Below are positions 60,421 through 64,000 of a stretch of DNA of 64,000 nucleotides, piece after piece. The first letter of the stretch is position 1, and every line of letters begins with the position of its first letter. This DNA is from Hypanus sabinus (lineage: Eukaryota), in the NCBI RefSeq assembly GCF_030144855.1, contig NC_082714.1, positions 93,186,001 to 93,250,000 of the forward strand. Direction: 5' to 3'. The translations under genes were made by a program, and so were the position numbers. The notes beneath the pieces were generated by a model. That model saw only the letters and a program-made list of their open reading frames with translations. It was not told where the DNA came from and did not search any database.

Positions 60421-61309
60421 ATTCCAGTTGTGCAAGCTTTTATTTTTTTAAGATTTAGTTTCAGAATGTGTCTCTTCCCGTTACTGCAGTTGCTCAGTTT
60501 GAGAGAATTTAAAAAAGTTCTGTCGTATCTCATCCACGCCCCCACTAACCGGCACTTAGTGACCTCGCGACCTGCACCACTTCACACACAGCACAGAAAC
60601 AGCAGCAAATTTGTGTAACTGTCGCTAAATAAAGGCTGTGCAATCCCCAACCCTGTCCCCTTTGAGAAATGACGCGTTCCGCAGCTGCAGCAGTGCTGCT
60701 CACAACACAGAGAGTTTGACAATATCCATTTATCCATCCCATCCTCGACTCTTGACAGAAACTAAAAAAATCACGGTGCCCTGGAAGAGAAGATTGAAAG
60801 CCCCTGACTGAATGAGGGAGAGGTTAACTGGACTGACCAGTGTCCTGCGGTCAGGACGGGGTTGTGGGAGAATTACCATATCCCAGTTTATGAACGACAC
60901 GTATTCAAACTTTAATCACCATCTCCAATGATCCAATAAGAGGTGATCGATAGAACAAGCCTTACACAACCCAAACTCCAGGATAACATTTCACAAATAA
61001 AAACAAGCCAAATGTTTCACAGTGGCGTTCTTTGATAAACGTTGATACCGTCTCACACAAGTAGAAATTTTAATTGGATGAAATTTCTTCTCATCTGTTA
61101 CACAGTATCCAAAGATGATGGCAGAATGAAGGCTGGGTGGTGATGAATTAAATCATAGACAAGAGAAGAGAACTTTAATGTCCCACACGTGACTCACTGC
61201 TAATAACATCCTTCATCAGAGTGAGGATAGCATCAGAATCAGGTACAATATGACTGCCATATGTCGTGAAATTTGTTGTTTTGTGCTCCCGAGAGCTGAG
61301 GACCCGATT

Positions 61310-64000
61310 AAAATAAACATGGAATGTCATAAAGTAATGGAGCACGACAAAACCAAATCACACCTTTCGGCCCATCTAGTGTTTTCTGAAATATTAATAT
61401 GGTTTGTCCCGTAATTCTGCGCCCGAACCATCAGCATCGATACCCCTTCCTCCACCCAAATTCCCCTTAAATGTTGAAATCGACCCTCATCCATCACAAC
61501 CAATGGTAACTCTTTCTGTACTCTCACCATCCTTTGAGTGACGAAGTTTCTCCCGATGTTTCCTTTAAACATTCCAGCTTTTACCTTTATACAATTTTCT
61601 TTCCACTATGTCTCGGCCTTTCAACATGCGAAACGTTTCAATGAAATCCCGCCCCCCCCATCGTTCTGAATTCCAGCGAGAACAGACCCAGAGCCATTAA
61701 TCCTTCATCGTATGATGACCTTTTCATTCCTGGAATCATCATTGTGAACCTCTTCTGGATCCTCTGCAATGCCGGCACATCTTTTCTAAGATGAAGGGCC
61801 CAGAATTGTTCGCAATATTCCCGTTGAGGCCTCACCAGTGCCTTATAAAGCCTCAGCATCACATCTGCGCTTTTGTATTCTGGACCTCTTGAAATGAATG
61901 CCAAAGTGGCATTTGTCTTTCTCATCACCTACTCAAACTGAAATTAATCCTTTGGAATGTTCTGCAGAAGGACTTCCAAGCCCGTCTGCATCTCAGATTC
62001 CTTGATTTTCTCCCCGTTCAGAAAATAGGCCGCACGTTTGTTTCTACTACCGAAGTGCATGGCCACGCATTTCCCAACGTTGTATTTCATTTGTCACGTT
62101 CTTGCCCATTCTCCTAACCTGTCTAAGTTCTTTGCTCAACACTACCTGTCCCTCCACCAATCTTCGTATCATCTGCAAACTTGGCAACAAAGCCATCTAT
62201 TCCATCATCTAAATCAATTATATAGAGCATGAAACGAAGTTGTCCCAACACCGACCCCTGCTGAAAACTACTAGTCACTGGCAGCCAACCAGAAAAGGAT
62301 GCTTTTATTCCCATTCGCTGCCTCCTACCAATAAGCCAATGCTCTAATCATGTTAGTAACTTTCCTGTAATACCATGGGCTCTTAACTTGGTAAACAGCT
62401 TCATTTGTGGCAACATGTCAAAGGCCTTCTGAAAGTCCAAATATACAACATCCACTGCATCTGCTTTATCCTACTTGTAATCTGAACGAATTCCAACAGG
62501 TCCGTCAGGTAAGATTCTCCCTGAAAGAAACGATGCTGATTTTGTACTATGTTCTCCTGTGTCACCAAGCAGTCCAGCACTTCATCCTTAACAATTGACT
62601 CCGACATCTTCCCAAACACTAAGGTCAGGCTAACTGGTCCATAATTTCCTTTCTACTGCCTTCCTCCTTTCTTAAAGAGTGGAGTAAGATCTGAAATTTT
62701 ACAGCCGTCTGGTACCATGCCAGAGTCCAATTATTTTTAAAAGATCATATCTCATGCCTCCACAGTCTCTAACGCTATCTCTTTCAGAACACTAGTGTAC
62801 AATTCCTCTGTTCCGGGTGACCTATGTACATTTAGCATCTTCTCTCTTCCTTCACACACTACAACATTACACACACTGCCAGCTTCTTCCACAGTGAAGA
62901 CTGACGCAAGATTTCTCCTGCCGCATTTTCTAGCAGTCCTATATCCACTCCCATTTCTCTTTTATTTTTAACATACTTGAAAAAATGTTTATTGTCCACT
63001 TTGATATTATTTGCTAGCTTGCTTTCATGTTTCATCTTTTCACACTAATAATTTTTAGTTGCTCTCTGTAGGTTTTTTTAAAAAAACTTACCAATCCTTT
63101 ATCTTCCCACTCATTGTTGCATTGTTGTATGCCCTTTCCTTTTCTTTTACAATAGCTTTGACATTTTTTTGTCAGCCACGCTTGCACTATTTTATCATTT
63201 GAGTATTTCTTCATTTTTGGAATACAAGTGTCCTGCACCTTCCTCATTTCCACCAGAGACACACATTATTGCTGCTCTACTGACATGCTTGCCAGCAGCT
63301 CCTTCCTGTTTACTTTGGTTAACTCCTCTCCCATACCACTGTAGTTCCCCTTACTTCATTGAAATACTTCTACTTCAGATTTTTCTTTTTTCAATTTGAA
63401 CATAATTATACTGTGATGACTGTTTCCTCAAGGTTCTTTTACCTGAAGCTTCTTAATCGCCTCCAGTTCATTACATAACACCCAATCCAGTATAGCTGAT
63501 CGAAAAATTGCTCTAAAATCTATCTTTTAGGCATTCAACGAACTCACTCTCTTGAGATTTATTCCCAACCTGCTTTTCCCAATTGACCTGCATGTTATAA
63601 TCTCCCATAACTACTATAATCTTGCCCTTTCTATTTCCTGTTGTTAGGTGCGGTCCATCTCCCAGCTTCTGTTGGGACGCGTGTATATAAGTGCCATCAA
63701 TGTCCTTTTACCCTTGCAATTCTATAACTCAACCCACAATGATTCAACATCTTCCGATCCTATGTCACATCTGATTTGATGCCGTTCTTCACCACCAGGG
63801 CCACACCACCTCCTCTGCCTACCTTCCTATCCATCCGATATAACTTGTAACCTTGTACATTCAGCTCCCAAGTTCAACCATCCTTCGGCCACGATTCACT
63901 GATGGCCACAACATCAAATCGGCAATCTGTAATATTTCAACAAGATCATCCACCTTACTTCTTCCATTATGCGCACTTAGATGGAACGCCCTGAGTACCG
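61310..64000 (-). mobile_element. CR1 LINE ORF2 fragments (endonuclease through 3' end)
   Basis: SSFQQGSVLGQLRFMLYIIDL...KFADDTK; FISRGPEYKSADVMLRLYKALVRP. Confidence 0.88.

Noticed and set aside
32-63399. The many 60-150 aa ORFs in the track as host genes; any rRNA, tRNA or CRISPR array
   Set aside because: Nearly all are LINE fragments, their antisense frames, N-gap artefacts or low-complexity sequence. No rRNA, tRNA or repeat-spacer array was recognised, and the DNA is vertebrate.

Overview
AT-rich, repeat-dense vertebrate genomic DNA. The repeat content and Ig organisation point to a cartilaginous fish, probably a ray or skate (inference). A large part of the window is decayed CR1 LINEs, plus Rex1/Babar-like LINEs, two solo LTRs, a Tc1 fragment, a MITE and Penelope-type hammerhead-like repeats; there are two N gaps. 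Two immune loci are embedded in it. (1) One immunoglobulin light-chain cluster of sigma-cart type (type I/NS5-like) at 8336-10876 (+): leader, germline-joined VJ, C. It carries one in-frame stop. (2) A cluster of non-rearranging, antigen-receptor-like leader-V(J)-C1-TM-cytoplasmic genes. Gene B (52438 to about 48396, minus) is apparently intact through its first cytoplasmic exon. Unit A (21019-27168, +) and unit C (35519-40641, +) are decayed paralogues, and there is a possible orphan leader at 24183. All three share a 100-102 nt intron after the TM exon. They resemble PRARP/VJC1-type non-rearranging V-C1 receptors, but this assignment needs a database search. Exon models were derived by hand from splice signals; repeat boundaries are approximate.
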